From Alphaproteobacteria bacterium (GTDB lineage Bacteria > Pseudomonadota > Alphaproteobacteria > MPNO01), in assembly GCA_964291675.2 (NCBI GenBank), contig OZ219865.1, forward strand, positions 928,001 through 992,000: a stretch of 64,000 bases of DNA, written 5' to 3'. This document shows positions 50,644 through 63,189 of this stretch, in pieces (position 1 is the first letter of the stretch; every line of letters begins with the position of its first letter). Under the pieces are notes generated by a model, which saw nothing but the letters and a program-made list of their open reading frames with translations, was not told the origin of the DNA and did not search any database. The position numbers were made by a program, and so were the translations under genes.

Positions 50644-50719
50644 TGGTGGAGCCGAGGGGAGTCGAACCCCTGACCTCGACATTGCGAACGTCGCGCTCTC
50701 CCAACTGAGCTACGGCCCC
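50644..50719 (-). tRNA. tRNA-Ala(CGC)
   Basis: GGGGCCGTAGCTCAGTTGGGAGAGCGCGACGTTCGCAATGTCGAGGTCAGGGGTTCGACTCCCCTCGGCTCCACCA; 76 nt with G3:U70 pair and CCA. Confidence 0.97.
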
Positions 50720-50853
50720 GTCCACCGAAGGCGCGGATAATGTGGAGCCGCGCGCGGCGATGTCAAGCGCCCGGCGGGGCGGCGGCGCTTGCGCGGCGTA
50801 TCCGCCGGGGCTAGTTTCGCCCCGCCTTGCGGCAGGAGCGAGACCGCGCGACC

Positions 50854-51156
50854 ATGAACGTCATCCTCGGCCCGATCCTCGGCATCGTCAGCACGGTTCT
50901 CTGGCTCTACATGTGGGTGCTGATCCTGTCGGTGGTGATGAGCTGGCTCTACGCGTTCAACATCGTCAATGCCAGCAACCGCTTCGTCTACGCGGTCGGC
51001 TATTTCACCCACCGGCTCACCGAGCCCGCGCTGGCGCCGATCCGCCGCTTCATCCCCAATCTCGGCGCCATCGACATCTCGCCGCTGATCCTGCTGCTGG
51101 CCGTCGTCTTCCTGCGCGACGTGATCGACAACCTCGCCTTCGAGCTCGGCGGATGA
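50854..51156 (+). CDS. yggT: YggT family membrane protein
   Basis: [23 protein letters not shown]. Confidence 0.92.
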   Translation: MNVILGPILGIVSTVLWLYMWVLILSVVMSWLYAFNIVNASNRFVYAVGYFTHRLTEPALAPIRRFIPNLGAIDISPLILLLAVVFLRDVIDNLAFELGG

Positions 51157-52043
51157 GCCGGCTGATCGACGGCAAGGCGGTCGCCGCCGGGCTGCGCGCG
51201 CGCGTCGCCGAGGCGGTCGCCGTGCTCGCCGATTGCGACATCTCGCCCGGCCTCGCCACGGTGCTGGTGGGCGACGACCCGGCCAGCCGGGTCTATGTGC
51301 GCAACAAGATCCGCGCCTGCGCCGAGGCCGGCATACGCTCCATCGAGCACGCGCCCGGCGCCGACATCTCGGAAGCCGCCCTGCTCGACCTGGTAGGCCG
51401 GCTCAACGCCGATCCCGAGGTCGACGGCATCCTGGTGCAGCTCCCCCTCCCGGCACATATCGACGCGGCCCGGATCACCGAGGCCATCGACCCGCTCAAG
51501 GACGTCGACGGCTTCCACACCACCAACGCCGGCAGGCTGTCCGCCGGGCTGGACGCGATGGTGCCTTGCACCCCGGCGGGCTGCATGATCCTGCTGCGGA
51601 GCGTCTGCCCGGACCCGAAAGGGCTCCGCGCCGTGGTGGTCGGCCGGTCCAACATCGTCGGCAAGCCGGTGGCCCAGCTCCTGCTGGCCGCCCACTGCAC
51701 GGTGACGATCGCCCATTCGCGCACCGTCGACCTCGCTGCGCGCTGCCGCGAGGCCGACATCCTGATCGCCGCCGTCGGCCGGGCGCGGATGATCGAGGGC
51801 GACTGGATCGGCCCGGGCGCGACGGTCATCGATGTCGGGATCAACCGGGTCGAGGGGAAGGACGGGAAAGGCGTGCTGGTGGGCGACGTGGATTTCGAGG
51901 CGGCGAAGGAGGTCGCCGGCGCCATCACCCCGGTGCCCGGCGGGGTCGGGCCCATGACCATCGCGTGTCTCTTGCGCAACACCGTCATCGCCGCCTGCCG
52001 GCGGCGCGGCATGGAGATACCCGACGCCATCCCGCCCGCCTAG
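51153..52043 (+). CDS. folD: Methylenetetrahydrofolate dehydrogenase/cyclohydrolase
   Basis: [36 protein letters not shown]. Confidence 0.97.
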   Translation: MSRLIDGKAVAAGLRARVAEAVAVLADCDISPGLATVLVGDDPASRVYVRNKIRACAEAGIRSIEHAPGADISEAALLDLVGRLNADPEVDGILVQLPLPAHIDAARITEAIDPLKDVDGFHTTNAGRLSAGLDAMVPCTPAGCMILLRSVCPDPKGLRAVVVGRSNIVGKPVAQLLLAAHCTVTIAHSRTVDLAARCREADILIAAVGRARMIEGDWIGPGATVIDVGINRVEGKDGKGVLVGDVDFEAAKEVAGAITPVPGGVGPMTIACLLRNTVIAACRRRGMEIPDAIPPA

Positions 52044-52897
52044 CCGCCCCGCCCCCCGGACTCCCGCAGCGTGATGAAGTAGGTGCTGGCGAAGATCACC
52101 CCGGCGCCGATCCAGGTCCAGACATCCATCGCCTCGGCGAACAGCAGCCAGCCGAGCCCGGCGGTGAACGGCAGGCGGAGGAAGTCGAACGGCATCACCG
52201 CGCTCGCATCCGCGGCGGCGAAGGCGCGCGCCTGGCAGAAATGCGCGGCCCAGCCCGAGACCCCCATGATCAGCAGCGCCGGCAAGTCCTGCCAGCCCGG
52301 CGCGACCCAGACGAACAGCGACGGGACCAGGGTGAGCGGCAGCATCATCAGGTTCATGTAGAAGACGATCGTCGAGGCGGGCTCGGTCGCGGTCAGCAGC
52401 TTCACCGAGGTCCAGGCGCCGGCATAGAACGCGCACGAGAGCAGCACCGCCAGCATCGGCAGGCTCACCGATTCCATGCCCGGGCGGACGATCGCCAGCG
52501 CGCCGAGGAAGCCCACGGCGGTCGCCGCCCAGCGCGCGCCGTCGACGCGTTCGCCGAGCACCAGACCGGCGGCCAGCGTGCAGAACACCGGGATCAGGAA
52601 GGAGAGCGCGGTCACGTCGCCGACCGGGATGTGGATCAGCCCGTAATACATGCTCAGCATGGCCGCGAAGGCGAAGGCGGTGCGCGCGAAATGCATCCCC
52701 AGGCGCCGCGTCCCGAGCCGCGCGAGCCCGCCCCGGGCGAGCATGGGGGCGATCAGCAAGATGCCGACCAGGGCGCGCACGAAGACGATCTCGATGGTCG
52801 GGAAGGTGCCCGACAGCTCGCGCACGCTGGCCAGCAGCACGGCGAAGGAGAGCGCGGCGGCGACCATCCAGAACGCGCCGCGCCAGATCGCAGCCAT
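52040..52897 (-). CDS. DMT/EamA family transporter
   Basis: Ten hydrophobic segments, LGERV..RW, IVRPG, PFDFLRL. Confidence 0.9.
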   Translation of the reverse strand: MAAIWRGAFWMVAAALSFAVLLASVRELSGTFPTIEIVFVRALVGILLIAPMLARGGLARLGTRRLGMHFARTAFAFAAMLSMYYGLIHIPVGDVTALSFLIPVFCTLAAGLVLGERVDGARWAATAVGFLGALAIVRPGMESVSLPMLAVLLSCAFYAGAWTSVKLLTATEPASTIVFYMNLMMLPLTLVPSLFVWVAPGWQDLPALLIMGVSGWAAHFCQARAFAAADASAVMPFDFLRLPFTAGLGWLLFAEAMDVWTWIGAGVIFASTYFITLRESGGRGG

Positions 52898-52903
52898 CGG
52901 GTA

Positions 52904-54109
<1,206 letters not shown>

Positions 54110-54168
54110 CGCCCCTCCCCCTCGCGCAAGGCGCCGGAGTGTAGGAATGCGCCGCGGCGGGGACAAGC

Positions 54169-55278
54169 TCAGCCGGCCCGCGCCCTTGCCGGCACGCGGA
54201 GGCTCGCCGATTTGAGCTGGCCGCAGGCCGCCAGAATGTCGCGCCCGCGCGGGGTGCGCACGGGCGAGGCGTAGCCGGCGCGGTTGACGATCGCGGCGAA
54301 GCGTTCGATCGCGCGCGGCGTCGAGCACTCGAAGGGCGCGCCGGGCCAGGGGTTGAACGGGATCAGGTTCATCTTGGCCGGGATGCCGCGCACCAGCCGG
54401 ACCAGCGCGCGCGCATCGGCCTCGGAATCGTTCACGTCCCTGAGCATGACGTATTCGAAGGTGATGCGCCGCGCGTTGCGCCCGCCCGGGTAGCCGCGGC
54501 AGGCGGCCAGCAGCTCGGCGATGGGATAGCGCCGGTTGAGCGGCACCAGCACGTCGCGCAGCTCGTCGGTCACCGCGTGCAGCGAGATCGCCAGCCTGAC
54601 GCCGAGATCGCGCCCGACATCGGCGATGCGCGGCACCACGCCCGCGGTCGACAGCGTGATCCGCCGCCGGCTGATCGCGATTCCCTCCATGTCCATGACG
54701 ATGTTCATCGCCTTGACGACGTTGTCGTAGTTGTAGAGCGGCTCGCCCATCCCCATCAGCACGATATTCGACAGCAGCCGCTGGCCGTTCTCCGCCGCCG
54801 GCCACTCGCCGAGCGCGTCGCGCGCCAGCATCACCTGGCCGACGATCTCGCCGGCGTTCAGGTTGCGCGCCCAGGGCTGGGTGCCGGTATGGCAGAACGA
54901 GCAGTTGAGCGTGCAGCCGACCTGCGACGACACGCAGAGCGCGCCCCGGTCGTCCTCGGGGATGAACACGGTCTCGGCCTCGCTGCCGTCCGGGAAGCCG
55001 ACCAGCCACTTGCGCGTCCGGTCGGAAGCGGTCTGCGCCTTCGCCACGGCGGGCCGCGATATCGCGAATTGCTCGGCGAGCTGGCGGCGCAGCGGCCTGG
55101 CCAGCGTGGTCATGGCGTCGAAATCCGTCGCGCCCCGGCAATAGATCCAGTGCCAGACCTGCTTGGTTCGGAAGGCGGGGAGGTCGAGCCCGGCGAGCGC
55201 CGCGCCGAGCTCGGCGCGCGACAGCCCCACGAGCTCGCGCCGCGCCCCGGAGTCGATATCGGCTTCAACGGTCGCCAT
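54169..55278 (-). CDS. rlmN: 23S rRNA/tRNA m2A radical-SAM methyltransferase
   Basis: [25 protein letters not shown]. Confidence 0.96.
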   Translation of the reverse strand: MATVEADIDSGARRELVGLSRAELGAALAGLDLPAFRTKQVWHWIYCRGATDFDAMTTLARPLRRQLAEQFAISRPAVAKAQTASDRTRKWLVGFPDGSEAETVFIPEDDRGALCVSSQVGCTLNCSFCHTGTQPWARNLNAGEIVGQVMLARDALGEWPAAENGQRLLSNIVLMGMGEPLYNYDNVVKAMNIVMDMEGIAISRRRITLSTAGVVPRIADVGRDLGVRLAISLHAVTDELRDVLVPLNRRYPIAELLAACRGYPGGRNARRITFEYVMLRDVNDSEADARALVRLVRGIPAKMNLIPFNPWPGAPFECSTPRAIERFAAIVNRAGYASPVRTPRGRDILAACGQLKSASLRVPARARAG

Positions 55279-55351
55279 CCCGGCACTATACCCCGCTTTG
55301 ACAGCGACGGGCCGGGTGGCCTATTCGGAACCCGGACAACGGGGGACAGGC

Positions 55352-56092
55352 ATGACCGACCGTGAAGCGGCGCTGATCGCGGCCGCAAAACCGTTCTGGG
55401 ACGCCGAAGCGGAGATCACCAGGCGCTTCTTCGCCGGCCCGCCGAGCCGGGACGACTACATCCACTATCTGCGCTCGGCGGTCTACAAGGAGCTCAACCC
55501 GGCGATCGGCTACGGCCCGACCGACGGCTACGCCAACGGGCTCCACATGGAGTTTTGCGACATCGTCGAGCGCTTCCGCGGGCTCGACGCCGAGATCGAC
55601 CGGCGCGACATGCTGGCCTCGCTCAAGATGATGACCGAGGAGTTCGAGCACTACGTGGTGCTCGCCGAGGTGCTCGAATTCGTGCTCGGCCGCAGGCTCG
55701 CGCCCGACGATGCGCAACAGCTCCCGGAAGACGCGACGCTCAACGCGATGCGCCGGCGCTACGTCGAATCGGGCGATCCCTGCCTGGTGGCGGCGATGGG
55801 GCTCACCGAGGGCGGCGGGGCGAGCACCTTCCGCGAGGCATCGAAGCTCTCGGGCGGGAAGCTGGAAGAACGGCTCGCCGCCGCGATGAAGCTCATCCAC
55901 GACGACGAGAAGGACCACTACGAGGACGCCGCCGCCGACGCCGCCCGGGCGGTGCGGACCGACGACGACCTCGCGCGGATGAAGTCCGCCATCCGCGAGG
56001 TCTCGATCCAGCGGGTCAGGATGCGCAACGAGCAGTTCCGCTTCCAGATGTCGGACGCGGAGATCGAGGCGCTGATCGCGGCCAATCCCTAG
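55352..56092 (+). CDS. Ferritin-like (di-iron) domain hypothetical protein
   Basis: E...EEFEH...E...DEKDH spacing of four-helix di-iron ligands. Confidence 0.75.
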   Translation: MTDREAALIAAAKPFWDAEAEITRRFFAGPPSRDDYIHYLRSAVYKELNPAIGYGPTDGYANGLHMEFCDIVERFRGLDAEIDRRDMLASLKMMTEEFEHYVVLAEVLEFVLGRRLAPDDAQQLPEDATLNAMRRRYVESGDPCLVAAMGLTEGGGASTFREASKLSGGKLEERLAAAMKLIHDDEKDHYEDAAADAARAVRTDDDLARMKSAIREVSIQRVRMRNEQFRFQMSDAEIEALIAANP

Positions 56093-56093
56093 G

Positions 56094-56208
56094 GCGTCCT
56101 TCGATACGCCCGCCTGCGGCGGTCTACTCAGGATGAGGAGGGGGTCCTGGCCGCCCCCACCTCACCCTCATCCTGAGTAGTCCCCGAAGGGGACGTATCG
56201 AAGGACGC
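56094..56208. repeat. REP-like composite palindrome, copy 1
   Basis: Perfect 15-bp outer IR GCGTCCTTCGATACG and 15-bp inner IR CTACTCAGGATGAGG with side hairpins. Confidence 0.88.
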
Positions 56209-56210
56209 GA

Positions 56211-57044
56211 TCAGCGCCGCATGTAGCGGGCGACCTCCGGCGACGACATGACGTCGTCGACATAGGTGAACGTGCCCTGTTCCATCGCCTCGGTCGCCGC
56301 GGCGACGACGCCGCTCATCGCCGCGCGGTAGAGCGACGTCGCCAGGCTGATGCGGCGCACCCCCGCCGCCGCGAGATCGGCCACGGCAAAGGACTTTCCG
56401 GCGACGCCGGCCATGAAGTTGACCGGCCTGGAGACCGCGTTGCACACCGCGGCGACCGCGTCGATATCGGGCAGCGCCGGCGCCATCAGCATGTCCGCGC
56501 CGGCGCGTTCATAGGCCTGCAGCCGGGCGATGACCTCGTAGAGGTCGGGATGGCCGCGGATGAAGCACTCGCTGCGCGCAGTCAGCGCGAAGCGGAAGCC
56601 GGCCGACCGGGCGGCCTCGGAGGCGGCGGCGATGCGCTCGGCGGCCTCCTCGCGGTCGTAGAACGGGCGCTCCGCGTCGCCCGTATAGTCCTCGATGGTG
56701 CAGCCGACCAGCCCCGCCTCGGCGGCCTGCGCGACGGTTGTCGCCACCGCCTCGGGTCGGTGGCCGAAGCCGTTCTCCAGATCGGCCGAGACCGGCAGGT
56801 CGACCGCGTCGACGACGGCGCGCGCATGCTCCAGCGCCTCGTCTCGCGAAACCTCGCCGTCGCACCGCCCGAGCGTGCCGGCGAAGCCGCCGCTGGTGGT
56901 CGCCAGCGCCTGGAACCCGAGGCCGGCCAGGATGCGGGCCGAGCCGGCATCGAACGCGTTGGCGAGGATGAACGGCTCCGCGCCCCCGTGCAGGGCATGG
57001 AAGCGCTCGGCCTTCTCGGCCTGGGTGGGCGGGGCGTCGGCCAT
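56211..57044 (-). CDS. Isocitrate lyase/PEP mutase family protein
   Basis: NAFDAGSA, ATTSGG, SADLENGFG, TIED. Confidence 0.9.
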   Translation of the reverse strand: MADAPPTQAEKAERFHALHGGAEPFILANAFDAGSARILAGLGFQALATTSGGFAGTLGRCDGEVSRDEALEHARAVVDAVDLPVSADLENGFGHRPEAVATTVAQAAEAGLVGCTIEDYTGDAERPFYDREEAAERIAAASEAARSAGFRFALTARSECFIRGHPDLYEVIARLQAYERAGADMLMAPALPDIDAVAAVCNAVSRPVNFMAGVAGKSFAVADLAAAGVRRISLATSLYRAAMSGVVAAATEAMEQGTFTYVDDVMSSPEVARYMRR

Positions 57045-57109
57045 GGCTGCTCTCCACCGGTTCCGGCCCGGGCGATGCTGCGGGCCCGGTGCACCCGTGT
57101 CAACGGAGC

Positions 57110-57228
57110 GCGTCCTTCGATATGCCCGCCTGGCGGCGGGCTGCTCAGGATGAGGAAGCGTGTTTTGGCCCTGAAAAACCGCCTCATCCCGAGTAGCCCC
57201 GGACCGGTTCCGGGGCGTATGGAGGGAC
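57110..57228. repeat. REP-like composite palindrome, copy 2 (degenerate)
   Basis: GCGTCCTTCGATATG...CTCAGGATGAGG...CCTCATCCCGAGTAG...CGTATGGAGGGAC. Confidence 0.82.
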
Positions 57229-57241
57229 CCGCCCCGCCCCT

Positions 57242-57622
57242 TCACTCCGGCGCCGTTTCCCGCACCCTCTGCCTCGCCTGGCCGAACTTCACCAGGCTGC
57301 CGCCCGTGTCGTGGACGTAGAGCTCGTCCATGCCCCACGGCGTCTCGACGACCTCACCCACGTCGATGCGCCCGGCGAATTCGGCGCGCTGCGCTCGAAT
57401 GTCGTTCACCCGGACGTAGCAGGACGTGTTCTCGGCGACGTGCCGGTCCGCGCAGAGCCAGAAATGGATCTCGACGCGCTCGCGGATCGCGAGGCCGTAG
57501 TCGGCGTCGCCGAAATCCTGCGTCTCGAAGCCGAGCCTGCGGAAGAAGTCGAGCGAGGCCGCGATATCCGGCGAGGCGAGCACGGGTATGGCGCGGTCGA
57601 AGATGGACGGCTTGTCGGGCAT
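57242..57622 (-). CDS. VOC/bleomycin-resistance family protein
   Basis: AIPVL.S.DI..SL.FF..LGF...SCYVRV...TPWGMDE...D. Confidence 0.88.
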   Translation of the reverse strand: MPDKPSIFDRAIPVLASPDIAASLDFFRRLGFETQDFGDADYGLAIRERVEIHFWLCADRHVAENTSCYVRVNDIRAQRAEFAGRIDVGEVVETPWGMDELYVHDTGGSLVKFGQARQRVRETAPE

Positions 57623-57661
57623 GGGTCGGTTGCCTTCCCATTGCAGGCGCGCCCCCCTCGC

Positions 57662-57775
57662 GCCATGTCCGGACTTGTTCCGGGCATCCACGCCGCCGCC
57701 CGCCCCGCTTATGGGTGCCGGGGACAAGCCCGGGCCCGACGCGAGGGCGCGCGGGCGGGCCGTATCGAGGGACGC
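57662..57775. repeat. Second REP family palindrome plus a half copy of family 1
   Basis: GCCATGTCCGGACTTGTTCCGGGCATCCA...TGGGTGCCGGGGACAAGCCCGGG, then CGTATCGAGGGACGC. Confidence 0.7.
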
Positions 57776-57776
57776 C

Positions 57777-58493
57777 CTACCCGCCCTGCGCCGCCTGGGT
57801 CTTGCCGTAGAGCAGCTCCCAGGCCTTGTCGGAGTAGCCGGGGCCGCGCCGCGCGTGCTCGGCCAGCGTCTCCAGCGCGCGCTCGACCGCGGGGCGCGCC
57901 CAGATCCCGTCGCGCCAGGCCTTCACCCGCGGAAAATCCCCGATGTCGACGCCCTGGCGCTCGGGGTAGCGGAGCCAGGGGAAGATCGCCATGTCGGCGA
58001 TGGTGTAGTCGTCCGCCGCCACCCAGTCGCGCCCGTCGAGCCGCTTCTCCAGCACGCCGTAGAGCCGGTTGGCCTCGTTGACGTAGCGGTCGATGCCGTA
58101 TTGCAGCTTCTCGCGCTCGAAGCGCTCGGGCGCGTAGGAGTGGAAGTGGTGCGCCTGGCCCAGCATCGGGCCGATCCCGCCCATCTGCCACATCAGCCAT
58201 TGCAGGGTGTCGTAGCGCGCACGCGGCTCGGTCGGCAGGAACCGCCCGGTCTTGTCGGCGAGATAGACCAGGATCGCGCCGGTCTCGAACACCGCGATCT
58301 CCTCCCCGCCCGGGCCGTCCCGGTCGACGATGGCGGGCATCTTGTTGTTCGGGCTGATCTTCAGGAAATCCGCCTCGAACTGGTCGCCCTCCTGGATGTT
58401 CACCGGGTGCACGGTCCACGCCAGACCGCACTCCTCCAGCATGATGTGGACCTTGTGGCCGTTCGGCGTGGGCCATGTGTAGCAATCGATCAT
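57777..58493 (-). CDS. Glutathione S-transferase (YfcG/Nu-like)
   Basis: [38 protein letters not shown]. Confidence 0.93.
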   Translation of the reverse strand: MIDCYTWPTPNGHKVHIMLEECGLAWTVHPVNIQEGDQFEADFLKISPNNKMPAIVDRDGPGGEEIAVFETGAILVYLADKTGRFLPTEPRARYDTLQWLMWQMGGIGPMLGQAHHFHSYAPERFEREKLQYGIDRYVNEANRLYGVLEKRLDGRDWVAADDYTIADMAIFPWLRYPERQGVDIGDFPRVKAWRDGIWARPAVERALETLAEHARRGPGYSDKAWELLYGKTQAAQGG

Positions 58494-59959
58494 TCGTCCC
58501 TCTCCTGCCCCCGGTCGAGCTTCGCGCGCAAGACCTCGTTGACCGTCTTCGGATTGGCCTTGCCCCGGCTCGCCTTCATCGCCTGGCCGACGAAGAAGCC
58601 GAGCAGCTTGGTCTTGCCGCCGCGATACTCGGCCACCCTGTCGGGATGCTCGGCAAGGACGGCGTCCACGATGGCCTCGATCGCGCCCGAGTCGCTCACC
58701 TGCTCCAGCCCGCGCTCGGCGACGATGGACCCGGGGTCGCGGCCGGTCTCGAACATGGCCTCGAAGACCTCGCGCGCGATCCGCCCCGAAATGGTGCCGG
58801 CCCGGATCAGGTCGATCAGCGCGCCGAGATCGGATGCCGCAACCGGCGCGTCGGCGATCGCGAGCCCCGATCGGTTGAGCGCCCCGAACAGGTCGCGGAT
58901 CACCCAGTTGGCGGCAAGCTTCGCATCGCGCCCCTCCGCGACGGCCTCGAAATAGGCCGCGCTGTCGCGGTCGGCGACCAGCACCTCGGCGTCCTCGTCG
59001 GACAGCCCGAGCGCGTCGACGAAGCGCCGCTTCTTGGCATCCGGCAGCTCCGGCAGCGTCGCCCGGATGCCGTCGACGAAAGCCTCGTCCAGCACCAGCG
59101 GCAACAGATCCGGGTCGGGGAAGTAGCGGTAGTCGTGCTCTTCCTCCTTCGAGCGCATCGACCGCGTGGTCCCGCTTGCGGTGTCGAACAGCCTTGTCTC
59201 CTGCTCGATGGCGCCGCCGTCCTCGATGACCGCGACCTGGCGCCTCGCCTCGTGCGCCGCGGCCTGGCGGATGAAGCGGATCGAGTTCAAATTCTTGATC
59301 TCGCAGCGCGTCCCGAGCGCGCCGCCCGGGCGGCGCACCGAGACGTTCACGTCGGCGCGCAGCGAGCCCTCCTGCATGTTGCCGTCGCAGGTGCCGAGAT
59401 AGCGCAGGATCGAGCGCAGCTTCGTCATGAAGGCGGCCGCCTCGTCGGGCGAGCGCAGGTCGGGCTCGGTGACGATCTCCATCAGCGCGACGCCGGCCCG
59501 GTTGAGGTCGACGAAGGTCCGGCGCGGGTCGCGGTCGTGCAGGCTCTTGCCCGCGTCCTGTTCGAGATGCAGCCGGGCGATGCGGACGGTCCGGCTGGTG
59601 CCGTCCTCCAGCGCGACCTCGACCGCGCCGCTGCCGACGATGGGCCGGCCGTATTGCGAGATCTGGTAGCCCTGCGGCAGGTCCGGATAGAAGTAGTTCT
59701 TGCGGTCGAAGACCGAGACCAGGTTGATCTCCGCGCCGAGGCCGAGCCCGGTGCGGACCGCCTGCTCGATGCAGTACTCGTTGATCACCGGCAGCATGCC
59801 GGGCATCGCCGCGTCGACCAGCGAGACCTGCGCGTTGGGCTCGCCGCCGAAGGCGGTGGAGGCGCCGGAGAACAGCTTGGACTCGGAGGTCACCTGGGCG
59901 TGGACCTCCAGCCCGATCGCCGCTTCCCAGTCGCCGCTGCGTCCTTCGATCAGGCTCAC
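58490..59959 (-). CDS. gatB: Asp/Glu-tRNA amidotransferase subunit B
   Basis: [32 protein letters not shown]. Confidence 0.97.
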   Translation of the reverse strand: MSLIEGRSGDWEAAIGLEVHAQVTSESKLFSGASTAFGGEPNAQVSLVDAAMPGMLPVINEYCIEQAVRTGLGLGAEINLVSVFDRKNYFYPDLPQGYQISQYGRPIVGSGAVEVALEDGTSRTVRIARLHLEQDAGKSLHDRDPRRTFVDLNRAGVALMEIVTEPDLRSPDEAAAFMTKLRSILRYLGTCDGNMQEGSLRADVNVSVRRPGGALGTRCEIKNLNSIRFIRQAAAHEARRQVAVIEDGGAIEQETRLFDTASGTTRSMRSKEEEHDYRYFPDPDLLPLVLDEAFVDGIRATLPELPDAKKRRFVDALGLSDEDAEVLVADRDSAAYFEAVAEGRDAKLAANWVIRDLFGALNRSGLAIADAPVAASDLGALIDLIRAGTISGRIAREVFEAMFETGRDPGSIVAERGLEQVSDSGAIEAIVDAVLAEHPDRVAEYRGGKTKLLGFFVGQAMKASRGKANPKTVNEVLRAKLDRGQERDE

Positions 59960-60273
59960 GACCCGGCCCCGCGAACGAGAGAGGCGATCAGCAGTGTCAG
60001 GATGCCGAACGCCGAGACGCGGAAGATAAACACCCGCCCGAGCCGGTTCCAGTAGCCCCGCCGCGCGGCCGTCGCGGCCCGGGGCGGCGCATCCTCATCG
60101 AGGCTCGCGAGGAACATCGGCCAGCTCCGGCGGTGGATCTCCCACATCGCATAGCCCTGCACGACGGCGCCGGCGGCGATGCAGTAAAGCGCCCCGAGAT
60201 TGGTGAAGGTGAAGACGTCGCTGCCGATCAGCCCGAGGCTGACATGGATCAGCGCGTACCAGACGACGGTCAC
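59956..60273 (-). CDS. Small membrane protein inside gatCAB
   Basis: 105 aa with three hydrophobic segments; stop overlaps the gatB GTG. Confidence 0.6.
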   Translation of the reverse strand: MTVVWYALIHVSLGLIGSDVFTFTNLGALYCIAAGAVVQGYAMWEIHRRSWPMFLASLDEDAPPRAATAARRGYWNRLGRVFIFRVSAFGILTLLIASLVRGAGS

Positions 60274-60292
60274 GGCTCGCGCGCCCGGCGCC

Positions 60293-61771
60293 TCAGGAGC
60301 GCGGCCCCGGCCTCGCCTCGAAGCCGGCCGCCTTCTCGATCGCCCTTGCGGCGCGGAACATGGTCACCTCGTCGAAGGCGCGCGAGACGATCTGCAGCCC
60401 GAGCGGCAGCCCGCCCTCGGAGAGCCCCGCCGGCACCGACATCGCCGGCAGCCCGGCGAGGCTCGCCGGCACCGTAAGCACGTCGTTGAGATACATCGCG
60501 ATCGGGTCGTCCGACTTCTCGCCGATGGCGAACGCGTCCGACGGGCAGGTCGGCATCAGCAGGAAATCGCAGGTCTCGAAGGCGTCGTCGAAATCCCGCG
60601 CCACCAGCGTCCGCACCTTCTGCGCCTTCAGGTAGTAGGCGTCGTAGTAGCCGGCCGACAGCGCATAGGTGCCGATCAGGATGCGGCGGCGCACCTCGGC
60701 GCCGAACCCGGCGCCGCGGGTCTTCGCATAGGTGTCGATCAGGTCCGCGCCCTCGACCCGCTTGCCGTAGCGCACCCCGTCATAGCGGGCGAGGTTGGAC
60801 GAGGCCTCGGCCGGGGCGATCAGGTGGTAGGCCGGCAGCGCGTAGGGGGTGTGCGGCAGGCTGACCTCGACCGGCTCGGCGCCGGCGTCGCGGAGCCAGG
60901 CGATGCCCGAATCCCACAGCGCGCGGATGTCGCCCGGCGTCTCGTCGAGCGCGTATTCGGCCGGGATGCCGACCCTGAGCCCGGCCACCCCGTCGTCCAC
61001 CGCCGCCGCGAAATCCGGCACCGCGATGTCGACCGAGGTGGAGTCCTTCGGGTCGAACCCCGCCATCGCGCCCAGCATGATCGCGGCGTCGCGCACGCTG
61101 CGCGCCAGCGGCCCGGCCTGGTCGAGCGACGACGCAAAGGCGACGATGCCCCAGCGCGAGCAGCGCCCGTAGGTCGGCTTGGCCCCGACCACGCCGCAGA
61201 ACGCGGCCGGCTGGCGGATCGAGCCGCCGGTGTCGGTCCCGGTCGCGCCGAGGCAGAGCCGGGCGGCCACCGCCGCCGCCGAGCCGCCGGACGAGCCGCC
61301 CGGGACCAGCGGCCGGTTGTCGCCGCGCCGCCGCCACGGGTTCTCGACGGGGCCGAAATGGCTGGTCTCGTTGGACGAGCCCATGGCGAACTCGTCGAGG
61401 TTGAGCTTGCCCAGCATCACCGCGCCGGCCTCGAACAGGTTGCGGCTGACGGTCGATTCGTAGGGCGGCACGAAGCCGTCGAGGATGGCCGACGCGGCGG
61501 TCGACATCACCCCCTCGGTGCAGAACAGATCCTTGATCCCGAGCGGAATGCCCTCCAGCGCGCCGGCCTCGCCGCGCCGCCGCCTGGCGTCCGAGGCCTC
61601 GGCGTCGGCGAGCGCGCGCTCGGGCGTCTCGGCGATGTAGGCGTTGAGGTCGCGCGCGCCCGCGATCGCCTCGATATGGGCCAGGGCGAGCTCGCGGGCG
61701 GAGATCTCGCCGCCGGCGAGCGCATCCCGCGCCGCCTCGATGGTGAGCTCGGTGAGCGCCCCCCCGCCCAT
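60293..61771 (-). CDS. gatA: Asp/Glu-tRNA amidotransferase subunit A
   Basis: [37 protein letters not shown]. Confidence 0.97.
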   Translation of the reverse strand: MGGGALTELTIEAARDALAGGEISARELALAHIEAIAGARDLNAYIAETPERALADAEASDARRRRGEAGALEGIPLGIKDLFCTEGVMSTAASAILDGFVPPYESTVSRNLFEAGAVMLGKLNLDEFAMGSSNETSHFGPVENPWRRRGDNRPLVPGGSSGGSAAAVAARLCLGATGTDTGGSIRQPAAFCGVVGAKPTYGRCSRWGIVAFASSLDQAGPLARSVRDAAIMLGAMAGFDPKDSTSVDIAVPDFAAAVDDGVAGLRVGIPAEYALDETPGDIRALWDSGIAWLRDAGAEPVEVSLPHTPYALPAYHLIAPAEASSNLARYDGVRYGKRVEGADLIDTYAKTRGAGFGAEVRRRILIGTYALSAGYYDAYYLKAQKVRTLVARDFDDAFETCDFLLMPTCPSDAFAIGEKSDDPIAMYLNDVLTVPASLAGLPAMSVPAGLSEGGLPLGLQIVSRAFDEVTMFRAARAIEKAAGFEARPGPRS

Positions 61772-62058
61772 CACTCGATCACCTTGGGGACGGTGTAGAA
61801 CGGGCCCGCCGCCTGGGGCGCGTTGGCGACGACCCGGTCGGCGATGCCGCCCTCGGTGACCGCATCGGCGCGGCGCCTGAGCGGCATCGGCTTGACCGCC
61901 GTCATGGGCACCACCCCGTCGGTATCGACCTCGCCGAGCTGTCCCATCCAGTCGAGGATCTTGGCGAGCTCGCCGGTCAGGTCAGCGAGCTCGTCCTCCG
62001 GCACGTCGAGCCTCGCCAGCATCGCGATGCGGCGCACGGTGTCGGTATCGACGGCCAT
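61771..62058 (-). CDS. gatC: Asp/Glu-tRNA amidotransferase subunit C
   Basis: [10 protein letters not shown]...EVDTDGV.PM...NAP...VPKVIE. Confidence 0.95.
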   Translation of the reverse strand: MAVDTDTVRRIAMLARLDVPEDELADLTGELAKILDWMGQLGEVDTDGVVPMTAVKPMPLRRRADAVTEGGIADRVVANAPQAAGPFYTVPKVIE

Positions 62059-62176
62059 CTCTCGCTCTCCGGGACGGGGGCGCGCGAACCTACATCCGGC
62101 CCGCCCGCCCGGCAAGCTGGCACGCCCGCGCCGGGGCGTATATCAAGGCGCCGCCGTCAACCGGGGAGGAGGGGTC

Positions 62177-62644
62177 GTGGCGATCGTCGAGCTGGAGGCG
62201 CTGGCGACGCGCTCGCTGCTGATGGGGCTCGATGTCGGGGCGAAGACCGTCGGGCTCGCGCTGGGCCGCACCGGGCTCGCGCTGGCCTCGCCGCTGGAAA
62301 CGATCCGGCGGACCCGATTCGCCGCCGACGCGGCGCGCATCTTCGCGCTCGCGGACGAGCACGGGGTGGACGCGCTGGTGATCGGCCTGCCGGTCAACAT
62401 GGACGGCAGCGAGGGCCGGCGCTGCCAGTCGGTGCGCCAGTTCGCCGCCAACCTGCTGGCCAGGCGCGACATCGCCGCCGCGTTCTGGGACGAGCGCCTG
62501 TCGACCGCCGCGGTAACCCGGGCGATGATCGAGGCCGACCTCTCCAGGCGCAGGCGCGCCGAGGCGGTGGACCGGCTGGCCGCCGCCTATATCCTCCAGG
62601 GCGCGCTGGAGCGGCTCGGCAACCTGAACGGAGAACCCAGATGA
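62177..62644 (+). CDS. ruvX: YqgF/RuvX pre-16S rRNA nuclease
   Basis: GLDVGAKTVG, GLP.NMDG, WDERLST, DRLAAAYILQG. Confidence 0.94.
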   Translation: MAIVELEALATRSLLMGLDVGAKTVGLALGRTGLALASPLETIRRTRFAADAARIFALADEHGVDALVIGLPVNMDGSEGRRCQSVRQFAANLLARRDIAAAFWDERLSTAAVTRAMIEADLSRRRRAEAVDRLAAAYILQGALERLGNLNGEPR

Positions 62645-63189
62645 CACGAGAGATCAGGCGTATCGTCACCGGCCACGACGCGGACGGCAAGGCCGTGGTC
62701 ATCGCCGACGGGCCGACGCCCAATTTGTTCAACCCCGAGCACCGCCCCGGCGTGCAGATCAACAACATCTGGCGGGTCAACGAATCGCCCGCCCATCTGA
62801 TGAGCCAGGAGGAGACGCTGGAGGGCCGCATCGCGCTCGAACCGCCGCCCAACGGCTCGGTCTGCCGGGTGATCGAGTTCCCGCCGGAGAAGGACTACAT
62901 CGACTCGATCGACCGCGAGGCGGCGCATGCGAGCTTCAGCCAGTTCGGCGCGGCCCACGCGGCGGATGCGTCCGAGAACCCGCCGCACCCGCTGATGCAC
63001 CGCACCGAGACGATCGACTACGCGATCTGCCTCGAAGGCGAGATCTGGCTGGTGCTCGACGATTCCGAGGTGCTGATGAAGGCGGGCGATGTCTGCGTCC
63101 AGCGCGGCACCAACCACGCCTGGTCCAACCGCTCGGACCGACCCTGCTTCATGTGCTTCGTGCTGGTCGACGGGACATTCGAGGCGTAG
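62641..63189 (+). CDS. Cupin domain protein
   Basis: RRIVTGHD..GK, MHRTETIDY, QRGTNHAWSN. Confidence 0.9.
   Translation: MTREIRRIVTGHDADGKAVVIADGPTPNLFNPEHRPGVQINNIWRVNESPAHLMSQEETLEGRIALEPPPNGSVCRVIEFPPEKDYIDSIDREAAHASFSQFGAAHAADASENPPHPLMHRTETIDYAICLEGEIWLVLDDSEVLMKAGDVCVQRGTNHAWSNRSDRPCFMCFVLVDGTFEA

Larger units (their letters stand above)
46131..50656. mobile_element. Degenerate integrative island at tRNA-Ala
   Basis: 81-bp direct repeats, P4-type integrase remnant next to the tRNA, IS256 and a LuxR gene inside. Confidence 0.85.
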
